Source of the DNA: an uncultured Actinomycetes bacterium
Lineage (GTDB): Bacteria; Actinomycetota; UBA4738; HRBIN12
Reading direction: 5' to 3'
Assembly: GCA_963776425.1 (NCBI GenBank)
Contig: CAVZMG010000002.1
Location: 609,650 to 673,649 of the forward strand
DNA length: 64,000 nucleotides
Numbering within the stretch: the first letter of the stretch is position 1; the number at the start of each line of letters is the position of its first letter. A program made the position numbers and the translations under genes. This document shows, one piece after another, positions 10,278 to 24,585 of this stretch. The notes below the pieces were generated by a model, which was given only the letters and a program-made list of their open reading frames with translations, searched no databases and had not been told where the DNA came from.

Positions 10278-11939
10278 TTGGCGTGGTCGCCTGTTGCCGG
10301 GGATGATGCCGCGATGATGAGCGTTCGCCCACCTTCCCGGCTGCGCCGAAGGCCCTCTGGGGAGCCGCCGCCTCTTCCTCGTGAACAGGGATGGATCAGA
10401 TGGGCGTGGGCCGTGGCAGGCGTCGTGCTGCTGGGGATCGTGGTGGCGTCGATCTTCGCCACCACCCAGGGATGGTCGCTGGACGATGACATCCTGCAGT
10501 GGTTCGCCGACCATCGCAGCACCCAGATCGTGGATCTCGCGAAGGCCGTGGTCGCGCCCGCAGATCTTTCGACCGTCCTGTTCGTGCGGATCGCCGTGGT
10601 GGTGGTCCTCGTCTCGTTCAAACGGTTCCGGCAACTCGTGGCGTTCCTGGCGACGTTCGTGGCGGTGGATTGGCTCGTGGTTCGCGCGCTGTCCGTACCG
10701 CTGACACCGCCGGACGTGACACCGGTCGTCGCGCCGGGTCCATGGGTGTTCCCTTCGAGACCCATCTCGACGATCGCGATCACGCTCATCCTGGCGGCGT
10801 ACGTGTTGGTTCCCCGCGGAGCCGCCCGACGGAACGTCCTGATCGTGATGAACGCGGTGATCGCGGTCGAGGTGCTGTCGCAACTGGTCCTGGCCACCGA
10901 CGTGCCGTCCGCGATGCTCTACTCATGGCTGCTCGCCGCCGTGGTCCCACCGCTCGTCTTCCGCTGGTTCGTCCCGGAGGAGGTGTTCCCCGTCAGCTAC
11001 TCGCGGGGTGGCAACGCCGCGCACCTCGATCTGGGGGGCGAGCGGCAGGTGGCCGTGACGGGCGCGATGGCCGATCAGTTGGGCTTGGAGGTGACGAAGG
11101 TTGAGCCGTTCGGGCTAGAGGGATCCGGTGGCTCGTCGCCACTGCGGATGACGCTCGCCGACGGATCGCGGGTGTTCGGGAAGATCTACTCGACGTCGCA
11201 CGTGCGGGCGGATCGTTGGTACCGCATCGGCCGGACGATCATGTACGGACAGCTCGAGGATGAGACGCCGATCGGATCGGTCCGGCGCCTGACGATCATC
11301 GAGGATCATGCGCTGCGGTTCCTCCGCGACGCCGGCATCCGCGTCGCGACGACCCGCGGGATCGTGGAGCTCACGCCCAACCAGGAGTACATGCTCGTCA
11401 CGGAGTTCTTCGAGGGGTCGAAGAACCTGGGCGACTCCGAGATCGACGATGTCGCGATCGACGAAGGGCTGGAGCTCGTGCGCACGCTGTGGGACGTCGG
11501 TGCCGCCCATCGGGACGTGAAGCCCGCGAACATGCTCATCAAGGACGGTCATCTCCAGTTGGTGGATGTATCGGGGCTCGAGATCCGCCCGTCGTCATGG
11601 CGACAGGCCGTGGATCTCGCCAACATGATGCTCACCCTGGCGCTGCGGACCGATGCCGATCGGGTCTACGCGCGAGCTACGGCCTTCTTCTCGCCCGACG
11701 AGATCGCCGAGGCGTTCGCCTCCGACGTCGGCCTGGCCGTGCCTACCGAGCTCTCCGCGAAGCTCAAGGCCGACGGCCGGCCCCTGCGCGAGCGCTTCAT
11801 CGAGCTCGCGCCGGCGCGCGATCCGATCTCGATCCAGCGGTGGAGCGGCCGCCGGCTCGCGCTCACGGCGGCGGCGGCGCTCAGTGTGTTCGTGCTGGCG
11901 GGGCTGTCCGTGGATGCCTTGCGCGCCGGCATCACCTGA
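10278..11939 (+). CDS. membrane-anchored protein with C-terminal atypical protein-kinase-like domain
   Basis: N-terminal ~200 aa contain 5-6 TM helices. The C-terminal domain has a Hanks-type catalytic loop HRDVKPANMLI and a D-V-S in place of DFG. The start could instead be ATG at about 10314. Confidence 0.5.
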   Translation: MAWSPVAGDDAAMMSVRPPSRLRRRPSGEPPPLPREQGWIRWAWAVAGVVLLGIVVASIFATTQGWSLDDDILQWFADHRSTQIVDLAKAVVAPADLSTVLFVRIAVVVVLVSFKRFRQLVAFLATFVAVDWLVVRALSVPLTPPDVTPVVAPGPWVFPSRPISTIAITLILAAYVLVPRGAARRNVLIVMNAVIAVEVLSQLVLATDVPSAMLYSWLLAAVVPPLVFRWFVPEEVFPVSYSRGGNAAHLDLGGERQVAVTGAMADQLGLEVTKVEPFGLEGSGGSSPLRMTLADGSRVFGKIYSTSHVRADRWYRIGRTIMYGQLEDETPIGSVRRLTIIEDHALRFLRDAGIRVATTRGIVELTPNQEYMLVTEFFEGSKNLGDSEIDDVAIDEGLELVRTLWDVGAAHRDVKPANMLIKDGHLQLVDVSGLEIRPSSWRQAVDLANMMLTLALRTDADRVYARATAFFSPDEIAEAFASDVGLAVPTELSAKLKADGRPLRERFIELAPARDPISIQRWSGRRLALTAAAALSVFVLAGLSVDALRAGIT

Positions 11940-12026
11940 AGACGCCTGCGAGGAGCTCGTGTTGCCGCCGGATACTTTCCCGTTCAGTATGTTTCGCATC
12001 CCAACGAGGTATCTGAGGGGGGCCGT

Positions 12027-13145
12027 TTGGCGGAAGCTGCCGTGCGTATGACCGATGCTGGTTCGATCGACCAACGTGTCGCGGTCCGGCTCGAGGGCGT
12101 CGTCAAGAGGTTCGGCGACACGACGGCCGTCGACGGCGTCGATCTGGACGTGTTCGAGGGGGAGTTCTTCTCGATGCTCGGCCCCTCAGGGTCGGGGAAG
12201 ACCACGTGCCTGCGGATGATCGCCGGCTTCGAGTCGCCGACATCAGGAGGGATCATGCTCGGCGGCCAGGATGTGTCGAAGCTGGCGCCGTACGAGCGCG
12301 ACGTGAACACGGTCTTCCAGGATTACGCGCTGTTCCCGCACATGAGCGTCGAGGAGAACGTGGAGTACGGGCTCCGGGTGAAGAAGGTCTCCAAGGCCGA
12401 GCGCCGGGATCGCGTTCGTGAAGCGCTCGCGATGGTGCAGCTCACGGAGTTCGGCGGTCGGAAGCCTGCGCAGCTCTCCGGTGGCCAGCGTCAGCGGGTC
12501 GCGCTCGCCCGTGCGTTGGTGAACCGACCGAAGGTGCTGCTGTTGGACGAACCGCTCGGGGCGCTCGACCTGAAGCTCCGCCAGGCGATGCAGATCGAGC
12601 TGAAGGAGATCCAGCAGGAGGTCGGCCTCACGTTCATCTACGTGACGCACGATCAGGAGGAAGCGCTCACCATGAGCGACCGTCTCGCCGTGTTCAACCA
12701 CGGGAAGGTCGAGCAGATCGGCAGCCCGGCCGAGGTGTATGAGCGTCCCGCAACCGGGTTCGTCGCGGGCTTCGTCGGGATATCGAACGTGCTCGAAGGC
12801 CCGGCCGCCGAGCGGATCGCCGGCGACGCGCGAGCGTTCACGATCCGCCCGGAGAAGATCTCGATGGGCGAGGCGGACGTCGAACCAGAGCCTGGCATGT
12901 GCACGGCAACGGGTCACGTCCGGGAGGTCGTCTACCTGGGTGCGGTGACGCGCTACGTCGTATCGCTCGATGTGGGTGGAGAGCTGGTCGTGATGCAGCA
13001 GAACCTCGCCACCTCGTCGATGGAAGCGCTCCAAGTGAAGGGGAAGCCGGTCCGGCTCACGTGGGATCGGAGGAACAACCGGCCCGTCGAACGGGCGGAG
13101 GGGGCCCTTGAGGGGTCTTTGGATCAGGAGGAGGGGCACGGATGA
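12027..13145 (+). CDS. potA: spermidine/putrescine ABC transporter ATP-binding protein (copy 1)
   Basis: Walker [25 protein letters not shown], and a C-terminal TOBE-like domain. TTG start is preceded by GAGGGGGG. Confidence 0.8.
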   Translation: MAEAAVRMTDAGSIDQRVAVRLEGVVKRFGDTTAVDGVDLDVFEGEFFSMLGPSGSGKTTCLRMIAGFESPTSGGIMLGGQDVSKLAPYERDVNTVFQDYALFPHMSVEENVEYGLRVKKVSKAERRDRVREALAMVQLTEFGGRKPAQLSGGQRQRVALARALVNRPKVLLLDEPLGALDLKLRQAMQIELKEIQQEVGLTFIYVTHDQEEALTMSDRLAVFNHGKVEQIGSPAEVYERPATGFVAGFVGISNVLEGPAAERIAGDARAFTIRPEKISMGEADVEPEPGMCTATGHVREVVYLGAVTRYVVSLDVGGELVVMQQNLATSSMEALQVKGKPVRLTWDRRNNRPVERAEGALEGSLDQEEGHG

Positions 13146-14410
13146 AGAGGGTCATGAGAGGCTTGGCGGCAGTCGGCGCGCTCGCGCTGATCGCCGCCGC
13201 ATGTTCGAACGGCAGCAGTAGCAGCAACGGTGGTGCGAGCGGTGGCGGTGCAACGCCCACGATCGTTCCAGCGAAGACCTACAGCACGATCGGGCAACCT
13301 GAGGGCGCGCTCAACCTGATCGCGTGGAACGGCTATACGGAGGATGGCTCGAACGACCCCAACTACGACTGGGTCACGCCGTTCGAGCAGGAGACGGGTT
13401 GCAAGGTGACGGTGAAGTACGCGGACACCTCCGACGAGATGGTGACCCTCATGCGGCAGGGTGGCGGCTCTATCTACGACGGCGTCTCGGCCTCCGGCAA
13501 CGCCACGAACCGCCTGATCGCGGGCCACGATGTCGCCGCGATCGACCCGTCGCTGTTCCCGGCGCTCTCCGACGTGATCGCGCCCCTCAACCCCACGACC
13601 GGCGACAAGACGAGCCACTACGTGGTGGATGGGGCCGTGTACGGGGTTCCGTACATGTACGGCCCGAACTTCCTGATGTACAACACGAAGGTCGTCAAGC
13701 CGGCGCCGACGAGCTGGGATGTCACGTTCGAGCCGCAGCTGAACGGCGCGGCCAACCCGTACTCGGGCAAGCTGACGGCATACAACGACCCGATCTACAT
13801 CGCCGATGCCGCCGTCTACCTGAAAGCGCACGACCCGAGCCTCGGGATCACCGACCCCTACGAGTTGACCGCGGCGCAATTGGATGCCGCCGTCAACCTG
13901 CTCAAGGGCCAGAAGCCGATGCTCTCGAAGTACTGGGCGCTCTACACGGACGAGATCGATGGATTCGTGAACGGCTCGATGGTTGCCGGAACCGCGTGGC
14001 CGATCAACCTCAGCCTCGCCGAGGCGGACGCACCCGTCGCGGCCGTCATCCCATCGGAGGGCGTCACGGGGTGGGCCGATACGTGGATGATCTCGACCCA
14101 CGCCCCACATCCGAACTGCATGCTGAAGTGGATGGACTACACGCTCCGTCCCGACGTGCAATCGCAGGTGGCGATCTGGTACGGAGCGGCCGGAAGCAAC
14201 ACGAAGTCTTGCGCGCTCATCAAGAAGTCCCTCGGCAAGGACGCCGACCTGGTGGATACGGTGCGCTACAGCTTCTGCGGCGACGCGCAGTTCCTCGAGT
14301 CGATCTACCTCTGGAAGACGCCACAGGTGAACTGCGGCGACGACCGAGGAGCGACGTGCGAGGACTACTCCGTGTGGCAGCAGAAGTGGACCGACATCAC
14401 GGGCGCGTAG
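13142..14410 (+). CDS. potD: polyamine ABC transporter substrate-binding lipoprotein (copy 1)
   Basis: Signal peptide plus lipobox LIAAAC; paralogous to the 45693-46964 gene. Confidence 0.7.
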   Translation: MKRVMRGLAAVGALALIAAACSNGSSSSNGGASGGGATPTIVPAKTYSTIGQPEGALNLIAWNGYTEDGSNDPNYDWVTPFEQETGCKVTVKYADTSDEMVTLMRQGGGSIYDGVSASGNATNRLIAGHDVAAIDPSLFPALSDVIAPLNPTTGDKTSHYVVDGAVYGVPYMYGPNFLMYNTKVVKPAPTSWDVTFEPQLNGAANPYSGKLTAYNDPIYIADAAVYLKAHDPSLGITDPYELTAAQLDAAVNLLKGQKPMLSKYWALYTDEIDGFVNGSMVAGTAWPINLSLAEADAPVAAVIPSEGVTGWADTWMISTHAPHPNCMLKWMDYTLRPDVQSQVAIWYGAAGSNTKSCALIKKSLGKDADLVDTVRYSFCGDAQFLESIYLWKTPQVNCGDDRGATCEDYSVWQQKWTDITGA

Positions 14411-14471
14411 CGTCACGAGCCCCGGGAGCGATCGTGGCTCCCGGGGCTCGTCCTCGCTCGGTGGGAGGACC

Positions 14472-15378
14472 ATGGCTACGGTGAGGCCGGATCAGGTTGA
14501 AGGGACCGCGGTGCACCGGACGTCCGCGTTCTTCTTCCGTCATCCGCGGTTGAAGCTCGGCGTCCTGTTGGGCGCCGCCGCTGGCGTGGTTCCTCGTCAT
14601 CTACCTCGGGGCGCTGGTCGTGTTGTTCTTCTCGGCGTTCTGGCACCTCGATGCGTTCAGCGGGCTGATCGTGAAGCAGTCCGCTCTCGCTCGTGAACTT
14701 CCAGAACGCTTGCTAACGACCCGGTGTATCGGACGATCGTCATCCGAACGCTCGGGATCTCGTTCGGGGTCATGATCACCGATGTCGTCTTGTCGTTCCC
14801 GCTCGCGTACTACGCGGCGCGTCTCGCGACCCCCAGGAGGCGCAACGTGATCCTGGTCCTCGTCGTGATCCCCCTCTGGGCCAACTACGTGGTCCGCGTG
14901 TTCGCTTGGAAGCTGATCCTCACCCCTCAGGGATTCCTCAACTGGCTGGTGCACTTCTCCGGCGCTCACCTGCAGATCGGGAACTCGAATTGGGCGATCT
15001 GGCTGACGTTCGTCTACCTGTGGCTCCCCTTCACGATGCTGCCGATCTTCGGTGCGCTCGAGCGCGTCCCGCCCTCGTTCCTCGAGGCCTCCAACGATCT
15101 CGGGGCGAAGGGGTGGAAGACGTTCCGGAGCGTCGTGTTCCCGCTGATCGTTCCCGGGATCGTCGCCGGCTCGATCTTCGCGTTCTCCCTCACGCTCGGG
15201 GACTACATCACGCCGCAGCTCGTCGGGAACACCCTGTTCATCGGCAACGTGATCTACGACGAGCGTCGGGGTCGCCAACAACGTGCCGTTCGCGGCGGCA
15301 TTCGCGTTGGTCCCGGTGGCGATCATGGCGGTCTACCTCTTGATCGCGAAGCAGCTGGGCGCGTTCGAGGCGCTCTAG
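14472..15378 (+). pseudogene. potB: polyamine ABC permease PotB-like, interrupted by about 4 frameshifts (or sequence errors)
   Basis: PotB-like sequence, co-linear with the intact paralog at 46996-47919, runs through frames 0->1->2->0 between 14570 and 14720. It then shifts again near 15262, so the C-terminal SVGVANNVPFAAAFALVPVAIMAVYLLIAKQLGAFEAL ends at a TAG about 15376. Confidence 0.6.
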
Positions 15379-15386
15379 GAGGACGG

Positions 15387-16234
15387 GTGGAGTCGAGGAT
15401 CGCGCGCGTGCTCATCAAGACGGGATCCGTGCTGACCATGCTCTTCCTCTACATCCCGCTCGCGATCGTCGTGGTGTACGCCTTCAACAACAGCATCGGG
15501 CAGAAGTGGCCGATCCAGAGTCTTCACGTCGCGGTGGTTCGGGGTGGCCTGGCACAACCCCGACGTCCGGACGGCTCTCGGCAACTCCGTGAAGGTCGCG
15601 ACCGTGGCGACGATCTTCGCGTTGCTGCTGGGGAGCGCCGGTCGCGTTCGCCGTTCATCGATACCGGTTCTTCGGGCGCAACGCCGTGTCGTTCCTGCTG
15701 GTGATGCCGATCGCACTTCCCGGGATCGTCACCGCGATCGCATTGAACTCTGCCATCAACAACTACAAGATCCCGTTCAGCCTCTGGACGATCATGATCG
15801 GGCACACGACGTTCTGCATCGTGGTCGTCTTCAACAACGTGGTGGCACGACTTCGAAGAACCCCAGGTTCGCTCGTCGAAGCCTCGGCGGATCTCGGCGC
15901 GGACGGGTGGCAGACCTTCCGCTACGTGACGTTCCCGGCCATCAGGACGGCGATCATCGCCGGGGCGCTGCTCGCCTTCGCGCTGTCGTTCGACGAGATC
16001 GTCGTCACGAACTTCACCTCTGGCACCCAACTCACGCTTCCGAAGTTCATCTACAACAACATCCGACAACCTCGGAACCGGCCGGTCGTGAACGTCGTGG
16101 CGCTCGTCGTCGTGCTTGCGATGGTGATCCCGGTGTACATCGCTCAGCGGCTCGCCGGCGCTGGACAGGCGGTCGGAGCCGCGAGCAGCGATGTCGCCAC
16201 GCCGGTGGAGGCGCTCGAGGAGGCGATGCCCTAG
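15387..16234 (+). pseudogene. potC: polyamine ABC permease PotC-like, interrupted by 2 frameshifts (or sequence errors)
   Basis: PotC N-terminus in the frame of 15387, middle part in the frame of the 15544 ORF, C-terminus in the frame of the 15686 ORF. Co-linear with the intact paralog at 47916-48821. Confidence 0.6.
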
Positions 16235-16728
16235 AGGTACTGCCCGCTCCGCGGGCCACCGTCTGGGGAGGCCGCCTCTTGGGAGCCGGGGAGCCCACGG
16301 CGTCGGAGCTCTTCGAACTGGGCGCGAGCCGCCGCTTGCTGGGCGAACATCGCCGCCTGGATCCCGTGGAAGAGCCCTTCGAGCCATCCGACCAGTTGCG
16401 CCTGCGCGATGCGGATCTCCGACTCGGTCGGCACCTCATCCACGGGCGGCGTCAGCGCCCCGAGCTCGGCTCGCAGATCATCGGAGATCGAGTCGGAGAG
16501 CTCTTCGACGGATCGTTGGTAGACGTCGGCGAGGCGCCGCCGGCCGTCCTCGTCGAGCGGTGCCTGGCGCGTCTCCTCCAGCAACTCGCGAACCATGCTC
16601 GCGATGCGGAGGAGCTTCGCCGGTGCGGTGATCGTCTCCTGCAGCCCCGCCGGAACCGGAGCGGCATCAGGTGAGATCGGTTCTTCCACCACCTCGACCC
16701 GAGCTTCAGGTTCGCTCATACGCACCAA
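16231..16728 (-). CDS. bpa: bacterial proteasome activator (Bpa/PafE-like, DUF2587)
   Basis: About 165 aa, acidic, helical, ending in GQYL. That C-terminal motif is the 20S-proteasome gate-opening tail of mycobacterial Bpa. Start could be TTG 16728, GTG 16725 or ATG 16719. Confidence 0.55.
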   Translation of the reverse strand: MVRMSEPEARVEVVEEPISPDAAPVPAGLQETITAPAKLLRIASMVRELLEETRQAPLDEDGRRRLADVYQRSVEELSDSISDDLRAELGALTPPVDEVPTESEIRIAQAQLVGWLEGLFHGIQAAMFAQQAAARAQFEELRRRGLPGSQEAASPDGGPRSGQYL

Positions 16729-16745
16729 CGTAGCACCGCGAACCC

Positions 16746-18095
16746 CTACTCCTCGCCGGCGAGCAACTCCAGGAATCGCGCCTCGGCGACGGCCATCCGC
16801 TCGATCTCGCCGAGGTCAACGCTCTCGTTCACGGAGTGGATGTTGGATCGTTCGTCCATAGCCCCCCACATGAGGACGGCGATCCCGGGGAACGTGTCCG
16901 CGAGCATCGGCACGAGCGGGATCGACCCGCCCGAGCCCATCTCGATGACCTCGCTGCCGAACGCCTCCGCCATGGCGCGGAGGCCGGCCGCGTAGCCGGG
17001 CGTCGCCGTGTCGACCATGTAGCCGTCGCCGGCCTCGAAGGCACCGTCTTCGATCGTCGCCTCCACGCCCCAGGGGGCGGCCGCGAGCAGGAACGAACGG
17101 AGCGTCTCGCTCGCCGCCCCTGCGTCGTCGTCGGGCGCCAAGCGGAGGCTCACGCGCGCGCGGGCCTCGGGAACGATCTGGTTCGACGACCCCTCGATCG
17201 ACGGGGCGTCGATCCCCACCACCGCGACGGCCGGCCCGCCCCACACGCGATCCGCGATCGACCCGGCGCCCGTGAGCTCGATGCCGCGCACGGCACGGAC
17301 CTCTCGGATGAATTCCTCTTCGCTCCACCCGGTGCCCACCCACGGAGACCGTGCGAGTCCGGGGATCGCGACGTTGCCTCGGTCGTCGTGCAACCGGGCG
17401 ATGATCTTGGCCAGGGCGGTGATGGCGTCGGGCATCGGCCCCCCGAACGAGCCGCTGTGCTGTGCCTGTTCCAGGACGCGCACCCTGATCACGCAGTCCG
17501 TCACTCCACGCGTGCTGAGCGTGATCGTGGGAACGCCGGTGCGGTAGTTGCCGGAGTCGGCGACGACGGCGACGTCGGCGCGGATCAGGTCGGCGTTGCC
17601 CCGAACGAGCTCCGGCAGGTGGGCGGTGGAACACTCCTCCTCGCCCTCGACCAGGACCTTCACCGTCACGGGAACCGAGCCGGCGAGCGCCCGGATCGCC
17701 GCCGCGTGGATCACGATGCCCGACTTGTCGTCGGCCGCGCCCCGTCCGAAGAGACGCCCGTCGCGGATCTCGGGCTCGAACGGCGGGGAGTCCCAGGCGT
17801 CGAGCGCGCCTTCCGGTTGCACGTCGTGGTGGGCGTACAGCAGCGCCGAGGGGGCGCCTTCGGGACCATCGATCTGCCCGAACACGGCCGGGTGTCCGCC
17901 GTCGAGCTCCAGCAGGCGGACATCCGAGAACCCCGCGTCCGCGACGATGTCGCGGGTCGCCTCCGCCGAAGCGCGGACGTTCGCGGGATCGTAGCCCGGG
18001 TAGCCCAGCGAAGGGATGCGCACGAGACGCTCCAGCTCGCCGGTGGCCCGCGGCATGTCAGCCGCTACGCGCGCTCGAAGTTCCTCTGTGCTCAC
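16746..18095 (-). CDS. M20 family metallopeptidase (dipeptidase/ArgE/DapE-like)
   Basis: 449 aa; HHDVQP, GRGAADDKSG and EGEEE metal-binding motifs. Confidence 0.7.
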   Translation of the reverse strand: MSTEELRARVAADMPRATGELERLVRIPSLGYPGYDPANVRASAEATRDIVADAGFSDVRLLELDGGHPAVFGQIDGPEGAPSALLYAHHDVQPEGALDAWDSPPFEPEIRDGRLFGRGAADDKSGIVIHAAAIRALAGSVPVTVKVLVEGEEECSTAHLPELVRGNADLIRADVAVVADSGNYRTGVPTITLSTRGVTDCVIRVRVLEQAQHSGSFGGPMPDAITALAKIIARLHDDRGNVAIPGLARSPWVGTGWSEEEFIREVRAVRGIELTGAGSIADRVWGGPAVAVVGIDAPSIEGSSNQIVPEARARVSLRLAPDDDAGAASETLRSFLLAAAPWGVEATIEDGAFEAGDGYMVDTATPGYAAGLRAMAEAFGSEVIEMGSGGSIPLVPMLADTFPGIAVLMWGAMDERSNIHSVNESVDLGEIERMAVAEARFLELLAGEE

Positions 18096-18118
18096 GGGCG
18101 CGAACGATATCGCACGCC

Positions 18119-19153
18119 TCAGGCCTGCGGCTCGCTCTCGGACATCCGCCAGTCGTACGGACTGACGAACGACGTGACGAGCTGCGCGTAGTTCGACCGG
18201 GAGAACGCGATCGGGTTCGGGATGTTCTCCTGGCTCATCGACCCCCGCAACTGGTCGATCGACCCATAGTCGCGCTCATCCAACCAGGAGCGGATCTCGT
18301 CGAGCACGACGCCGACGTGTTCGGGTCCCTCATGGAGCAGGGCTGACGCCATCATGGCAACGTCCGCGCCGGCCAACAGCACCTTGAGCGCGTCGGCGCC
18401 TGAATGGACGCCCGTGGTCGCGGCGAGCGACGCGCGGATCCGCCCTCGCAGGATCGCGATCCATCGGAGCGGCAGCAGAAGCTCGTCGGGAGACGACAGG
18501 TGCAGGGTCGGATCGACGCGCAACCCTTCGAGATCGATGTCGGGCTGCATGAACCGGTTGAAGAGCACGAGCCCGTCGGCCCCGGCGTCGATCAGCTGGC
18601 GAGCGACGTGACCCACGGAACTGAAGAACGGACCGATCTTCACCGCCAGCGGGATCGTGATCTCCGCCCGGACCGCACCCACCAGATCCACGTAGCGTCG
18701 CTCGACGGCCTCCCCGGGCTCGTCCGGGTCGGCGGCGATGAAGTAGACGTTCAGTTCGAGGGCATCGGCCCCCGCCTCCTGCATCCGACGCGCGTACGTG
18801 GTCCAGCCGCCGATCGAGATCCCGTTCAGGCTCGCGATCACCGGGATGCTGAGTTCCTTCTTCGTCTCCTCCAGGTGGCGGAGGTACACGTCGCTGCCGG
18901 TGTTGTACTCCTCGAAGGAGGGGAGGTACGAGAGCGCCTCCGCAAAGCTGTCGGCTCCGGCCTCGAACGCACCGTGGATCTGGAGCTCCTCGTGCTCGAT
19001 CTGCTCTTCGAACAGTGAGGGCAACACGACGGCGCGCGGCGCCTGCGTCCTCCAGCCGGCGCAGCGTGTCGATCCGCTGGCCGAGCGGCGAGGCCGACGG
19101 CACGATCGGGTTCGCGAGCTCCAGTCCCAGGTAGGACGTGCGCAGATCCGCGG

Positions 19154-19157
<4 letters not shown>
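18119..19157 (-). pseudogene. dihydroorotate dehydrogenase-like protein (PFOR-associated), with one frameshift
   Basis: N-terminus [25 protein letters not shown]...LEDAGAA reads in the frame of ORF 18330-19484. The remainder ([13 protein letters not shown]...) reads in the frame of ORF 18119-19027. The ATG at 19155-19157 overlaps the PFOR stop (ATGA) and is preceded by GGAGGAGGA. Confidence 0.55.
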
Positions 19158-22797
<3,640 letters not shown>

Positions 22798-22895
22798 GCG
22801 GACATGCTCGCGGCCGCTCGGAGCCGCGAGCAGGGTCGTTGGTCCCTGACGGAAGGGGTCTAACCGAGCCCGCGCCGAGCGTTCGATGTCGGACG

Positions 22896-23384
22896 ATGTC
22901 GGTGGACGACTTCGAGCGAGGAGCCACGGTGCAGATCCGCGTGATCCACGAGGAGGTCGACCGGTTCCGAGTGACCGTCGGTACTCACGAGTTGGTCGTC
23001 GACCAACCGGATACCGGCGACGCCGGTCCTACGCCGACTGACCTGTTCGTGGCGTCGCTCGCCGCGTGCGTCGCGTTCTACGCCGGGCGCTTCCTCGATC
23101 GTCACGCGATCGCCACTGAGGGGCTCGCCGTCGAGTGTAGCTTCGAGATGGCCGAGGATCGACCGGCTCGGGTCGCCTCGATCGACGTCAGGGTGGTTCT
23201 GCCGGCAGGGTTCCCCGACAGCTTGTCCGAACGCCTCCAGGCGGTCGTCGATCACTGCACCGTTCACAACTCGCTCGCCATCCCGCCTACGGTCCGGATC
23301 GGGCTCGAGGCTCCGTCGTCGGTGGTCTACGGAGAGAGCCTTTCGACGAACCACGCGCCCGGATCGTCGTCTCGCCTCGTGTAA
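22896..23384 (+). CDS. OsmC/Ohr family protein
   Basis: 162 aa from ATG 22896; PTPTDLFVASLAACVAFYAG and CTVHNSL motifs typical of OsmC-like peroxiredoxins. Confidence 0.65.
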   Translation: MSVDDFERGATVQIRVIHEEVDRFRVTVGTHELVVDQPDTGDAGPTPTDLFVASLAACVAFYAGRFLDRHAIATEGLAVECSFEMAEDRPARVASIDVRVVLPAGFPDSLSERLQAVVDHCTVHNSLAIPPTVRIGLEAPSSVVYGESLSTNHAPGSSSRLV

Positions 23385-23950
23385 CGGAACCGGTCGTGCA
23401 GCCGGAACGCCCGCGCCTGCCAGAACTCGACGGTGTCCGGGATGATCCGGAACCCACCCCAGAAGGGTGGCCGGGAGACCTCAGCCGGATGCGTGGCGTC
23501 GATCTCGACGAACCGAGTCATCAACTCGTCCCGTGATCCGAGGACCGTGCTCTGCCGGGATGCCCAGGCGCCGATCTGTGCCTCGCGAGGACGCGACGCG
23601 AAGTACGTATCCGATTCCTCATCAGATGTTCGCTCGGACCACCCCGTCACGCAGATCTGCCGGTCGAGCTCCCTCCACAAGAGCGCGAATGCCGCGTAGG
23701 GGTTCTCGGCCAGTTGTCTCGCCTTGCGGCTCTCGAAGTTCGTGAAGAACACGAACCCTCGGTCGTCGAACCCGCGCAGGAGGACGTGGCGCGCCGCCGG
23801 GCGGCCGTCCGTCCCTGCCGTCGCCAGGGCGATCGCGTTGACGAGATGGATGCCCTCGGCCTCGGCATCCTCGAACCACCGCCGGAACTGGATCATCGGA
23901 TCATGGGATAGATCGTCAGCCTCGAGCGAAGGATCGAGCTTGCCACTCAT
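23327..23950 (-). CDS. pdxH: pyridoxamine 5'-phosphate oxidase
   Basis: 207 aa; RHVLLRGFDDRGFVFFTNFESRKARQL and the C-terminal WGGFRI...EFWQ motif. Confidence 0.8.
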   Translation of the reverse strand: MSGKLDPSLEADDLSHDPMIQFRRWFEDAEAEGIHLVNAIALATAGTDGRPAARHVLLRGFDDRGFVFFTNFESRKARQLAENPYAAFALLWRELDRQICVTGWSERTSDEESDTYFASRPREAQIGAWASRQSTVLGSRDELMTRFVEIDATHPAEVSRPPFWGGFRIIPDTVEFWQARAFRLHDRFRYTRRDDDPGAWFVERLSP

Positions 23951-24011
23951 CAGAACGCGAGCCTACCCGGCCCTCCGCCCGCTGCCGCCTATCCAGGATG
24001 AGCGACAGCGA

Positions 24012-24086
<75 letters not shown>

Positions 24087-24174
24087 GCGATCCACCCCGG
24101 CGACCGAGTCTAGCAACGCGCTCTCGGCGGCCTCGCCTCATGGGTGCGCCGCCCACGCCCGCTATCCTCCGGGT

Positions 24175-24585
24175 ATGTCCGAGAGTGACGAGATCCCCGC
24201 GCCGCGTGCCCCGGTCGTCCTGTTGGTGGACGACGACCCCGTGATCACCCGGCTCCTCGAGGTCAACTTCCGGCTCGAGGGCTTCAAGGTGGGGATCGCA
24301 TCGCGGGGCGACGCCGCGTTGGAGCGGGCGCGGGCCGTGCCGCCGGACGCGATCGTCCTCGACGTCATGCTGCCCGGTCTCGGTGGGTTCGAGGTCGCCC
24401 GGCAGATGCGGCGGATCCCCAACCTCGCCGATGTGCCGGTGGTCTTCCTCACCGCGCGGCCCCCGGAGGATCAGGAGGCGGAGGCGAGCGACCTCGGTGA
24501 GATCGACTTCATCGCGAAGCCCTTCGAGCCGGCGGACATCGTCGCCCTCGTTCGGCGACGGGTCGGAGAACGAGACGCGACGTGA
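24175..24585 (+). CDS. response regulator receiver-domain protein (single-domain, CheY-like)
   Basis: VLLVDDDP...DAIVLDVMLPGLGGFEV...FLTA...KPF receiver motifs; 136 aa. Confidence 0.65.
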   Translation: MSESDEIPAPRAPVVLLVDDDPVITRLLEVNFRLEGFKVGIASRGDAALERARAVPPDAIVLDVMLPGLGGFEVARQMRRIPNLADVPVVFLTARPPEDQEAEASDLGEIDFIAKPFEPADIVALVRRRVGERDAT

